From Clostridia bacterium (GTDB lineage: Bacteria > Bacillota > Clostridia > TANB77 > CAG-465): a stretch of 64,000 bases of DNA. Each line of letters begins with the position of its first letter. The first letter of the stretch is position 1. The notes below the pieces were generated by a model. That model was not told the DNA's origin and searched no databases. It was given only the letters and a program-made list of their open reading frames with translations. Below are positions 36,591 through 45,895 of the stretch, piece by piece. Position numbers and translations under genes: made by a program. The stretch covers positions 25,939-89,938 of the forward strand of contig JAZUNZ010000048.1 in NCBI GenBank assembly GCA_045604405.1, written 5' to 3'.

Positions 36591-38270
36591 ATGAAAGAAA
36601 AATTTAAAACGACATTCAGTAAGATGAGAGAAAAACTTAAACCACTATTTAATAAAATAAAAGAACAAACAAAAATAGTATTTGGTAAAATAAAAGAAAA
36701 TGAGTTTTTAAGAATTATTCTAGAACTTATTTTATTAGTGAATGTTTTTGCTTTAAATACTTATATAGGACTAGCTATTTTATCACTTATATTGGTAGAA
36801 ATAGTATTGTCTAAAAAGAGTGAAATGTCACTATGCATATATTTATTTTTATCATTTTTTGATGAGGTCCTTATATGGGAAACAATAGGTGGCTCTATAT
36901 CAAGAATAGTAATGGCAGTTATAGGGATGAAATTGTTATTTACTATTATAAAAAATAGAATATTACCAAACAAAGTACAGATTGGAATAGCAGCATTTTT
37001 AATAGCATCTTTTGTTATAGGAATAATAACAATGGGCTTTAATTTTGAGGCAATTATATCATTGACGAATGTAGGCATGTTTGTGTTATTCTCAATGTGT
37101 ATAAAATATGAAAATATAGAAGATGCAAATAAATATATTGAAAAAATATTTTTTACAATTGTTATTTCAGTAGTAAATAGTATATTTTATGGAGTATTGA
37201 CCAATAGCTATCTTGTACAAATTACAGATTATTATACAATGGAAAAGGCATATAGATTTAGTGGAATATATGAACCAAACTTCATGTGTATGTATATAAA
37301 TCTTGCAATTATGTCTTTAATTGCTTTAAAAGAAAATTTGAATAAAATAATATATTATTTATTAGCTGGATTATTATTCGCATTTGTAATTGAAACTTCT
37401 AGTTTAACAGGATTAGCGGCTATATGTATTGTAATAGGCATATATATTATAATCAGTATAAGAAGAAATGGTATTAAGCTAAAAGGAATTATTTCATGTG
37501 TTATTATTGCAACAATAACATTTGTTGTACTGTTAACTAACAAAACAGTAAATCTCTTCTTGTATGAATATAAAAATAAACCAAATGATGTACAAGTAGA
37601 ACAAAACGCGACACCAGAACTACCAGTGGAAATACCAGAACAAAACGCGACACCAGAACTACCAGTGGAAATACCAGAACAAAACGCGACACCAGAACTA
37701 CCAGTGGAAATACCAGAACAAAACGAGACGCCAGAGCTACCAGTGGAAATACCAGAACAAAACGAGACGCCAGAGCTACCAGTGGAAATACCAGAACAAA
37801 ATGAACTGCCAACTGAAGAAAAAGAAATCCCTGATAATCAAAAAATATCATTATTACAAAGATTTGAAGAAATAAAGAAGTTTATAGAAAATGGAGAGTT
37901 AGATAAGATTTCATCTGGAAGACTTCCTCTGATTAGAACTTTTGTAAAAGCAGCTTTTGATAGACCTATATTTAATATTCTTTTTGGCAATGATATAACA
38001 ACGAAAAAGATATATTGTAGCTTTTTTGATAGAGAATGTTTAGCCCACAATTCATTCATAGACTTCTTATATAATTTTGGAGTAGTGGGATGTTTAATTA
38101 TAATAGTTTATATGGTGGGTATAACTAGAAAAAATATTTTCTTGAATATGGATTTTTCTAATAGTAAATATTCAACTGATATTAAACTTATAAGAATAAT
38201 GTTAATAATATTTGCATTCTGTTTAACATTATATACTAAAAGAATGTTTTTAATATTCTTCATATTATAA
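36591..38270 (+). CDS. Wzy_C-family polytopic membrane protein (repeat-unit polymerase / O-antigen-ligase-like) with a tandem-repeat insertion
   Basis: About 10 or more TM helices. Large loop followed by the AHNSFIDFLYNFGVVG motif typical of Wzy_C/WaaL/PglL proteins. Five copies of PEQN(A/E)TPELPVEI lie in the loop. Confidence 0.75.
   Translation: MKEKFKTTFSKMREKLKPLFNKIKEQTKIVFGKIKENEFLRIILELILLVNVFALNTYIGLAILSLILVEIVLSKKSEMSLCIYLFLSFFDEVLIWETIGGSISRIVMAVIGMKLLFTIIKNRILPNKVQIGIAAFLIASFVIGIITMGFNFEAIISLTNVGMFVLFSMCIKYENIEDANKYIEKIFFTIVISVVNSIFYGVLTNSYLVQITDYYTMEKAYRFSGIYEPNFMCMYINLAIMSLIALKENLNKIIYYLLAGLLFAFVIETSSLTGLAAICIVIGIYIIISIRRNGIKLKGIISCVIIATITFVVLLTNKTVNLFLYEYKNKPNDVQVEQNATPELPVEIPEQNATPELPVEIPEQNATPELPVEIPEQNETPELPVEIPEQNETPELPVEIPEQNELPTEEKEIPDNQKISLLQRFEEIKKFIENGELDKISSGRLPLIRTFVKAAFDRPIFNILFGNDITTKKIYCSFFDRECLAHNSFIDFLYNFGVVGCLIIIVYMVGITRKNIFLNMDFSNSKYSTDIKLIRIMLIIFAFCLTLYTKRMFLIFFIL
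37599..37793 (+). repeat. 39-bp in-frame tandem repeat, 5 full copies plus a degenerate sixth
   Basis: The unit gaacaaaacgcgacaccagaactaccagtggaaatacca occurs three times identically. The variant ..gagacgccagagcta.. then occurs twice identically. The encoded peptide is EQN(A/E)TPELPVEIP. Confidence 0.95.
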
Positions 38271-38296
38271 AACTATTCACATATTGGAGGGACAAA

Positions 38297-40900
38297 TTGG
38301 AAAATATACAAGATATTAAAATGAAAACTATTTCAGGAGTAATATGGAAAATGTGTGAGCGTGTTACTTCTCAATTAGTAAGCTTCGTTGTTTCCGTAAT
38401 ATTAGCACGTATTTTATTACCAGAAGATTATGGAATAGTTGCAATAGTTACATTATTCATAACAATAGCGGATGCTTTCGTTAATAATGGATTGGGTTCA
38501 GCGCTTATTCAAAAGAAAAATGCAGATGAAAAAGATTTTTCTACTATGTTTTATGCAGGTATTATACTTGCTCTAATATTATATGGTATTTTATATTTCA
38601 TAGCGCCATTTATATCTAGCGTCTATGCAAAGACAGATATAACATTGGTTTTGAGAGTAATGGGCATAAGGTTACCTATAGCAGCAATGAATTCAATTCA
38701 ACAAGCATATGTTGCAAGAAAAATGATATATAAAAAATTTTTCCTATCAACATTATTAGGTACTGTAATTTCAGGAATTGTAGGAATAATTATGGCCATA
38801 ACTGGATATGAAGTATGGGCATTAGTATCGCAATATTTATTAAATACGATAATTAGCACAATTGTATTATTTATAACTGTTAGTTGGAGACCAAAGTTGT
38901 TTTTTTCAGTCGATAGATTTAAAAAAATGTTTTCATTTGGCTCTAAAGTAATGTTAAGTGGGGTAATTGGTACAATTTTTGATCAATTAAAAAGTTTTTT
39001 TATTGGTTTTAAATATACAGCTACAGACTTAGCATATTATAACAGGGGAGAACAAATACCATCATTATTATATAACAATATAAATACGACTTTTGAAGCG
39101 GTATTATTTCCTGCGATTTCTAAAATGCAGGATAACAAGTTAGCAGTGAAAAATTCATTAAGAAGAATGATAAAGCTTACAAGTTTTATAATTGTACCTA
39201 TTATGTTTGGACTAGCTGTAGTGGCAGAATCGTTAGTAGAAGTTATTCTTACAGATAAATGGTTAGAGAGTGTTCCATATCTTGTAATTGTTTGCTTACA
39301 ACAATGTATATCTGTTATTAGTAATGTTAATTTACAAGCGTTAAAAGCAATTGGAAGAAGTGATGTATTATTAAAATTAGAAATGGTAAAAAAACCATTA
39401 TTTTTACTATGTATTATAATAGGTATGCAAATTAGTCCGTTGGCAATAGTTGTAGCAAATTTCATTTATGGTTTTTTTGCACTAATTATAAATAGTGCGC
39501 CAAATAAAAAGTTGTTAAATTATAGTATGAAAGAACAATTAAAAGATGTTAAACCAGCTATACTATTATCATGCATAATGGTAATAGGATGTATTTTAAT
39601 ACAATATATAAAAATGTCAGTAATAGTAACATTAATAATGCAAGTTTTAACTGGGGTAATGATATATATTGGTTTGTCAATAATATTTAAAGTAGAGGAG
39701 TTTTATTATATTTTAGATATAATAAGGAATATATCAGTGTTAGATAGAATATGGGTAAAAATAAAAAGAATTTTAAAAAAAATGAGCTCATATTTCTTTA
39801 CATCAAATATTTTTAAAATAAAGAATAATAAAGTTGTTTTTGATAATTTTTGCGGGAAAGGATATGGATGTAATCCTAAATATATATGTGAAGAAATAAT
39901 TAGACAAAATTTGGATTTTGATTTAGTATGGTTAGTTAATGACATGAATGAAGAAATGCCTAAACAAGTAAGAAAGGTAAAGTATAATACTTTAAAGGCT
40001 TTTTATGAATTGGCGACTGCTAAAATATGGATTGATAATGTAAGAAATTATAAAGGCATCGGAAAGAAAAAAGGACAATACTATATACAAACATGGCATG
40101 GCGCAATAGGTTTGAAATCAATAGAAAAAGATGCAGCAAGTACATTGTCAGAAAGTTATATACAAGAAGCTAAATATGACAGTACTTTAACGGATTTAAT
40201 TATTACTAATAACAAAGCACAAGAAAAATACATAAAGAAGTATTTTTGGTATGATGGAGAGGTCGCTTGTTGTGGCACACCTAGATGTGATATTATATAT
40301 AAACAAGATGAAAAAATAATAGAAAAAGTATACGATTATTTTAAAATCGATAAGAGTAAAAAAATTGTATTATATGTTCCAACATTTAGAGCAGATGAAA
40401 CTACAGACGTTTATAAATTTGACAATATTAAATGTTGTGAAGTTATGAAAGAAAAATTCAACAATGAATTTGTAATGTTGATTAGATTGCACCCAAATGT
40501 TTCTAATAAGTGTAATTATATTGAATATAACGATAGCATAATCAATGCGACACCTTATCCGGATGTACAAGAATTAATTGCAGCTTCGGATGTGATAATT
40601 TCTGATTATTCTAGTATTCCTTTTGAAGCGGCATTGGTTTATAAACCATCCTTCTTGCTAGCTAAGGATTATGACGGATATAGTAAAAGTGAAAGAAAGT
40701 TTATTTATACATTAGAAGAGGTGCCTTTTCAATTAGCTAGAACCGAGGAAGAACTGTATAAAAATATATTGAATTTTTCAAAACAAGAATATGAAGAAAA
40801 ATGCAAAGAGTTTTATAATAAAATAGGCATAGTTAATAATTCGGAATCTGCGAAAGATATCGTGAATATAATAAAGAAAGAGATGAGAAAACATGAATAG
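38297..40900 (+). CDS. Fusion protein: Wzx/MOP-family flippase (N-terminal ~480 aa) plus CDP-glycerol glycerophosphotransferase (TagB/TagF family, C-terminal ~380 aa)
   Basis: Single 867-aa ORF. The N-terminal half has ~12-14 TM helices of polysaccharide-biosynthesis-protein type. The C-terminal half carries YYIQTWHGAIGLK, LYVPTFRAD, IRLHPNV and SDYSSIPFEAAL, which are TagF-family signatures. TTG start with SD ggaggg. Confidence 0.8.
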   Translation: MENIQDIKMKTISGVIWKMCERVTSQLVSFVVSVILARILLPEDYGIVAIVTLFITIADAFVNNGLGSALIQKKNADEKDFSTMFYAGIILALILYGILYFIAPFISSVYAKTDITLVLRVMGIRLPIAAMNSIQQAYVARKMIYKKFFLSTLLGTVISGIVGIIMAITGYEVWALVSQYLLNTIISTIVLFITVSWRPKLFFSVDRFKKMFSFGSKVMLSGVIGTIFDQLKSFFIGFKYTATDLAYYNRGEQIPSLLYNNINTTFEAVLFPAISKMQDNKLAVKNSLRRMIKLTSFIIVPIMFGLAVVAESLVEVILTDKWLESVPYLVIVCLQQCISVISNVNLQALKAIGRSDVLLKLEMVKKPLFLLCIIIGMQISPLAIVVANFIYGFFALIINSAPNKKLLNYSMKEQLKDVKPAILLSCIMVIGCILIQYIKMSVIVTLIMQVLTGVMIYIGLSIIFKVEEFYYILDIIRNISVLDRIWVKIKRILKKMSSYFFTSNIFKIKNNKVVFDNFCGKGYGCNPKYICEEIIRQNLDFDLVWLVNDMNEEMPKQVRKVKYNTLKAFYELATAKIWIDNVRNYKGIGKKKGQYYIQTWHGAIGLKSIEKDAASTLSESYIQEAKYDSTLTDLIITNNKAQEKYIKKYFWYDGEVACCGTPRCDIIYKQDEKIIEKVYDYFKIDKSKKIVLYVPTFRADETTDVYKFDNIKCCEVMKEKFNNEFVMLIRLHPNVSNKCNYIEYNDSIINATPYPDVQELIAASDVIISDYSSIPFEAALVYKPSFLLAKDYDGYSKSERKFIYTLEEVPFQLARTEEELYKNILNFSKQEYEEKCKEFYNKIGIVNNSESAKDIVNIIKKEMRKHE

Positions 40901-41798
40901 AAAAACAACATTTAAAATGTTAAAAAGCGGAGAACTTTTTTTTAAGGTGAAGGAAAAATTAAGCGTTTGTAATATAAATAATGAAATTATAAAAAATAAG
41001 CAACTACAATACAGAGAGTACTGTAGATTAAATAGAAAATACAAGAAAACAATAAATAGTATTAAAAAGAGAAGTAAAGATATTAATACAATCCCTTCGA
41101 ATAAAGTTTGGGTTTTCTGGCTTCAAGGTGAGAAAAATGCGCCAGAATTAGTGAAAAGATGTATAGACTCAACAAGAAGAGCATTTAAGGATAGAGAAGT
41201 CATCGTGTTAGATAAAGATAATTATAAAGAATATGTTGATTTTCCGGATTATATAGAAGAAAAATTTGCTAAGGGGATAATTCCGTTTGCACATTTCTCA
41301 GACTTAATAAGAATTGAATTGTTAGCAAAGCATGGAGGAATATGGTGCGATGCAACATTATATATTACAGGTGAAATACCAGATTATGTAAAAAATGCTA
41401 ATTTGTTTGTATTTAAAAACATAAACTTAGATAGAACAGATGAAGAAATAATAGTTGCATCAAACTGGTTCTTATCAGCATATGCAAACAATAATATAAT
41501 TGTTGCAACAAGGGACTTGCTATTTGAATATTGGAAGCATGAAAGATTTTTAACAAATTATTTCAATTTTCATATTTTGTTTAAAATAGTTGTAGACATA
41601 TATAAGGAAGAGTGGGAAAATATTCCGACATTTACAAATGTAAACCCTCATATTTTACAATTTGAACTGTTTGATGAATTTAGCGAAGAAAGATTTGAAC
41701 AAATAAAGTCAATTTGTTTTATGCACAAATTAAATAGACATATTGAAAATAAAGATTTAGAAAGAAATAATTTTTATAATTATATTTTAAAAAACTAG
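40893..41798 (+). CDS. Capsular polysaccharide synthesis protein family glycosyltransferase (Caps_synth / OCH1-like)
   Basis: VWVFWLQGEKNAPELVKRCIDS..FAHFSDLIRIELLAKHGGIWCDATLY matches my recollection of the PF05704 pattern. Confidence 0.7.
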   Translation: MNRKTTFKMLKSGELFFKVKEKLSVCNINNEIIKNKQLQYREYCRLNRKYKKTINSIKKRSKDINTIPSNKVWVFWLQGEKNAPELVKRCIDSTRRAFKDREVIVLDKDNYKEYVDFPDYIEEKFAKGIIPFAHFSDLIRIELLAKHGGIWCDATLYITGEIPDYVKNANLFVFKNINLDRTDEEIIVASNWFLSAYANNNIIVATRDLLFEYWKHERFLTNYFNFHILFKIVVDIYKEEWENIPTFTNVNPHILQFELFDEFSEERFEQIKSICFMHKLNRHIENKDLERNNFYNYILKN

Positions 41799-41864
41799 AA
41801 ACATTGTATTAGTTATATCTTGTTTATTTATGAATAAGATATAAAAAGCTAATGGAGGATAATT

Positions 41865-43370
41865 ATGAACCCGATAAGAAGGAAAAATAATATAACCAAT
41901 AACGAACAATCTAGAAGAGAAAACAAAATTAACATAAGTAAAAAGGGTATATTGAGATTAATAGTAAAAATACTCTCAATAGTATTTGCTGTAATGACTG
42001 GTGTGTTTTTTGGTAAAATTGTAGGATTTAATATGTTGCCTACTGTATATTTAGTAATATTGGCGGTAGCATTGTTATTAATTAGCTTTTTTATAGCTTT
42101 TATGCTTTGGAAAAAGAAAGGCATAGCATCAAAGATAATTATAGCTATACTTTCAATCGCAATTATATTTGTATATAGCTATGCAATAAATTACATGTCT
42201 GCTACAGAAACATTTATAAAAGAGATGACAACAGAGATTGAGGAGACAGAAGACTATTATGTCATAACTTTGAAAAATAGCAAATATGCAAGTATGGAAA
42301 AATTAGAAAATATAAACATACATACATTTATGTCAGGAGAAGATTTTACTGATGTTAAAGAGGACGTATTATCTAAGGCTAAAGTATATTTTAAAGATGA
42401 TGAAAGTTTAAGTGAACTTGCCACTAATTTGTTAAACAAGAAAATATATGCAATATTAGTTAGTAATTCGCAATATGTAATGTTAGTAGATGAGAATGCA
42501 GAATTTGAGACCAAAACAACAATAATAAATACTTCAACACATAAAATAAAGAAACTAGAAGAAGCAGAATCTAATAAACAAGAAAAATATACAATAAATA
42601 CAGGTTCATTTAATATATATGTAAGTGGTATTGATACAGCTGGAAGAATATCAAATGTATCAAGAAGTGATGCAAATATTATAGTTACAGTAAATCTAGA
42701 TACTCATAAAATTTTACTTACATCAATACCAAGAGATTATTATGTTAAATTGCATAGTAAAAAGAAATTAGACAAACTAACTCATGCAGGTATATATGGA
42801 ATAAAAGAAACATATAAAACAGTAGAAGATTTATTAGATATAGATATAAATTATTATGTAAGAGTTAACTTTACGACATTACAAAAACTAGTAGATGCTT
42901 TAGGCGGAATATATGTATATTCTGATTATACATTTACAAGTAGTGAAGGTTACCAATTTTATAAAGGAAGAAATTATTTAAACGGAGAAGAAGCGTTAGC
43001 ATTCAGCCGTGAAAGATCTGCATTTGCCTCTGGAGACAGACAAAGAGGACTTAATCAACAGGCTGTTATAAAAGGCATAATGGATAAAGCATTATCACCA
43101 ACAATATTAAACAAATATACCAAAATATTAAAATCATTATCTGGCACTTTCCAAACAAATATTTCAAATGACGAAATTAGTAGCATAGTAAGGGGCCAAT
43201 TAGAAAACATGTCTGGTTGGGATTTTGAAAGCAACTCGTTAGATGGTGAGGGCACATATGGAAAAACATATTCAGGTGGTTCAACACAACTTTATGTTAT
43301 GAAACCTAATGAAACATCTGTTGTTAATGCAATGAAAAAAATAAACCAAGTTTTAGAAGAAAAAAATTAA
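41865..43370 (+). CDS. LytR-CpsA-Psr (LCP) family glycopolymer-to-peptidoglycan transferase
   Basis: N-terminal TMs. FNIYVSGIDTAGRISNVSRSDANIIVTVNLDTHKILLTSIPRDYYV..ALAFSRER. Confidence 0.9.
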   Translation: MNPIRRKNNITNNEQSRRENKINISKKGILRLIVKILSIVFAVMTGVFFGKIVGFNMLPTVYLVILAVALLLISFFIAFMLWKKKGIASKIIIAILSIAIIFVYSYAINYMSATETFIKEMTTEIEETEDYYVITLKNSKYASMEKLENINIHTFMSGEDFTDVKEDVLSKAKVYFKDDESLSELATNLLNKKIYAILVSNSQYVMLVDENAEFETKTTIINTSTHKIKKLEEAESNKQEKYTINTGSFNIYVSGIDTAGRISNVSRSDANIIVTVNLDTHKILLTSIPRDYYVKLHSKKKLDKLTHAGIYGIKETYKTVEDLLDIDINYYVRVNFTTLQKLVDALGGIYVYSDYTFTSSEGYQFYKGRNYLNGEEALAFSRERSAFASGDRQRGLNQQAVIKGIMDKALSPTILNKYTKILKSLSGTFQTNISNDEISSIVRGQLENMSGWDFESNSLDGEGTYGKTYSGGSTQLYVMKPNETSVVNAMKKINQVLEEKN

Positions 43371-43488
43371 TAATATTATTAAATATAATTAGAAAAGAAT
43401 GTATAAGAAAAATACAAGGTATGTATAATCCCTTGTATTTTTTTCAAAAAATGCTAAAATACTAATTACGAATGAAATGGGAGAAAAT

Positions 43489-43797
43489 ATGTTTAAATTA
43501 CATTCAGAATATAAACCAACAGGAGATCAACCACAGGCTATAAAAGAGCTTGTTGAGGGAATAAAGAATGGAGATAGTGCACAAACATTACTTGGAGTTA
43601 CAGGTAGTGGTAAGACTTTTACTATAGCTAATGTTATAAGCAATGTAAATAAGCCAACAATTATAATGGCACATAATAAAACACTTGCAGGACAACTTTA
43701 TTCGGAATTTAAAGAAATGTTCCCTGAAAACGCGGTTGAGTATTTTATATCATATTATAAAAATGGCTTAAAAACTGTATTATTTAGTACCATTTAA
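43489..43797 (+). pseudogene. uvrB: Truncated 5' end of uvrB (first ~90 codons, then unrelated tail)
   Basis: [62 protein letters not shown], then [12 protein letters not shown]. Homology to the full gene at 46200 stops at 43758. Confidence 0.9.
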
Positions 43798-44027
43798 TAT
43801 TATTTAATCCTTAAAGAACAAATTAAATAATACAAGATAACATTTAATAACACTAAAATATAAAAAATAAATTTGTGACTTTTATTCGTTCCTAGGCAAA
43901 AAGTTTACTATTAACCAAGTGATTTTATGATGAACAACCTGTACATAAATACGGGTTGTTTATATTTGGATTGTCGAAATGTGTCACGTTTTGCGATGAA
44001 AAGTATAAATATATAAGAAATAAGCGT

Positions 44028-44056
44028 TGACAAACAAATGTTTGAAATATATAATA
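44028..44056 (+). promoter_or_regulatory. Consensus sigma-A promoter for the KilA-N gene
   Basis: TTGACA-17 nt-TATAAT, a perfect match. It lies ~160 nt upstream of the ATG at 44217. The leader contains the palindrome cacatgttcc-attta-ggaacatgtg (44141-44165). Confidence 0.7.
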
Positions 44057-44216
44057 TGTACAAGTAAATGTAAGAGATTAAACTTTGTTAGTATTTTATA
44101 CAACAAAATGTATTTAATGATGATAAATTTGGTAAAAAACCACATGTTCCATTTAGGAACATGTGTCAATGTATAGTGGTTTATATAATATAGATTTTAT
44201 AAGAGGAGAGAAAGAT

Positions 44217-45104
44217 ATGGATAATAAAATCACAACAATTATGAATGTTAATGAAAACGAAATTAGAGCAATGAGAATTGATAATGAAGATTATATTTCT
44301 TTAACGGATTTAGCAAGATACAAAAATCCTAATGATCCTTCTGATGTGATTAAGAAATGGTTAAGTAATTATGATACAATAGAATTCTTAGGTTTATGGG
44401 AAGAACTTAGTAATGAAGATTTTAATTCGGCGGAATTCGGCCTAATTAAAATAGAAGCGCCTAAGAAATCTTTTACAATGACTCCAAGTCAATGGTGTAC
44501 TCGAGTAAATGCAAAAGGTATCACTTATTCTAAGGGAAAATATAGTATAGGAACATTTGCACATTCTGATATTGCTTTAGAATTTGCATCATGGATAGAT
44601 AATTTATTCAAATTATATTTAATTAAAGAATTTAAGAGATTAAAATACAATGAAAGTTATCAGGCAAAAATAGAATGGTCGGTTAGAAGAAGTTTATCTA
44701 AGACAAATTATAGAATACACACTGATAGTATTAAAGAAAATATTGTTCCTAAGCTTACAGAAAAGCAAAAACAATTTGTATATGCAAATGAAGCGGATGT
44801 TATAAATGTAGCATTGTTTGGAATGACTGCTAAAGAGTGGAGAGAAAGCAATCCCAATTTAGAAGGAAACATTAGAGATTATACGGATATACTTCATTTA
44901 ATTGTATTAAGTAATCTAGAAGTATTAAATGCTAGTATGATTGATAATAATATTTGTCAAAGTGAAAGACTAGAAAAACTGAATATCACAGCAAGAAAAG
45001 AGTTAAGCATATTAGCAAATGATAAAAATATAATTGATATTCAAAAATTAGATGAAAAATACGATAAATCACTAATTGAATCGGGAAAAATAGAAAATAA
45101 TTAA
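44217..45104 (+). CDS. KilA-N domain-containing protein (phage antirepressor-like)
   Basis: N-terminal ..IRAMRIDNEDYISLTDLARYKN..TIEFLGLWEEL..GTFAHSDIALEFASWI fits the KilA-N DNA-binding domain. SD aggagag upstream of the ATG at 44217. Confidence 0.8.
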   Translation: MDNKITTIMNVNENEIRAMRIDNEDYISLTDLARYKNPNDPSDVIKKWLSNYDTIEFLGLWEELSNEDFNSAEFGLIKIEAPKKSFTMTPSQWCTRVNAKGITYSKGKYSIGTFAHSDIALEFASWIDNLFKLYLIKEFKRLKYNESYQAKIEWSVRRSLSKTNYRIHTDSIKENIVPKLTEKQKQFVYANEADVINVALFGMTAKEWRESNPNLEGNIRDYTDILHLIVLSNLEVLNASMIDNNICQSERLEKLNITARKELSILANDKNIIDIQKLDEKYDKSLIESGKIENN

Positions 45105-45249
45105 AATAGAATGGGATACAGGCGGATTTATATGAATACATTATGTTGAAAAAAGCAATAATTGTGGTATAATATATTTACTTTAATTTTTTACCTTGCT
45201 ACTTTTAAGTAGTTTAACATAAAATAATTATTTTAAGGAGAAGAAAAAA

Positions 45250-45852
45250 ATGAAAAATGTATTACTAAATCTTTGGCGGTTTATAGTTGGCTCGGAAGCT
45301 GGATTTTTTGGTGAGGGAAATGAGCAATGGTACTATTTTTTGTCCCTTGCAATTAACGTAATGCTTGTGGCATGGCTTAAGCCAGAAGTAGCGGTGTGGT
45401 TTATCTTGCTTATGGTTATCCACTTTGTAATGGTATGTATTTATGGTTATAATGACTTAAGTGATTACGGTTCAGAATATTCGTATATATATTTTGGTAT
45501 TCATTTAATTCTAGGGATAATTGCAATTATTGTAAGTCCTTTTTGGGCATTAATAACAACTGCTATTTCTGTTGCAGCATTCTTTATGGCGCCAGATTGT
45601 ACGGGCAATAACATATTGTTGCGGAAAAAATCATATAGCAAATTAGCGTTGATTTTCAATACTATAATTTTTGCAGCTTTTGTTACTGTCGCAGTTATGC
45701 TTCCGATTGCACTTTGGTTAAGAATTTTGATAATTATAGGTGTGATGATTGTTCATCCTATAATTGACTATTTTGCTGGTGAATGTATAATTATTTCCGA
45801 TGTTACTTATGAGGCATGGGATAACATCAGACAATATAGAAAGAAAAAGTAA
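45250..45852 (+). CDS. Polytopic membrane protein, unknown function
   Basis: 200 aa with about 5 hydrophobic helices. Own promoter TTGAAA-16-TGgTATAAT at 45146-45173. SD aaggaga. Confidence 0.7.
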   Translation: MKNVLLNLWRFIVGSEAGFFGEGNEQWYYFLSLAINVMLVAWLKPEVAVWFILLMVIHFVMVCIYGYNDLSDYGSEYSYIYFGIHLILGIIAIIVSPFWALITTAISVAAFFMAPDCTGNNILLRKKSYSKLALIFNTIIFAAFVTVAVMLPIALWLRILIIIGVMIVHPIIDYFAGECIIISDVTYEAWDNIRQYRKKK

Positions 45853-45858
45853 TTGTTT

Positions 45859-45895
45859 AAAACGACCTGCTGACTTGTAATCAGCAGGTCGTTTT
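45859..45895 (+). terminator. Rho-independent terminator
   Basis: 15-bp stem aaaacgacctgctga / tcagcaggtcgtttt with loop cttgtaa. Confidence 0.85.

Noticed and set aside
37599-37793. CRISPR-like array
   Set aside because: The repeats are contiguous with no spacers, are in-frame, and lie inside a membrane-protein gene. There are no cas genes in the window.
36591-38270. Claiming a PglB-type N-glycosylation system from the EQN(A/E)T repeats
   Set aside because: No STT3/PglB-like oligosaccharyltransferase is present in the window. The sequon match may be a by-product of a Pro/Glu/Thr linker. It is reported only as an observation.
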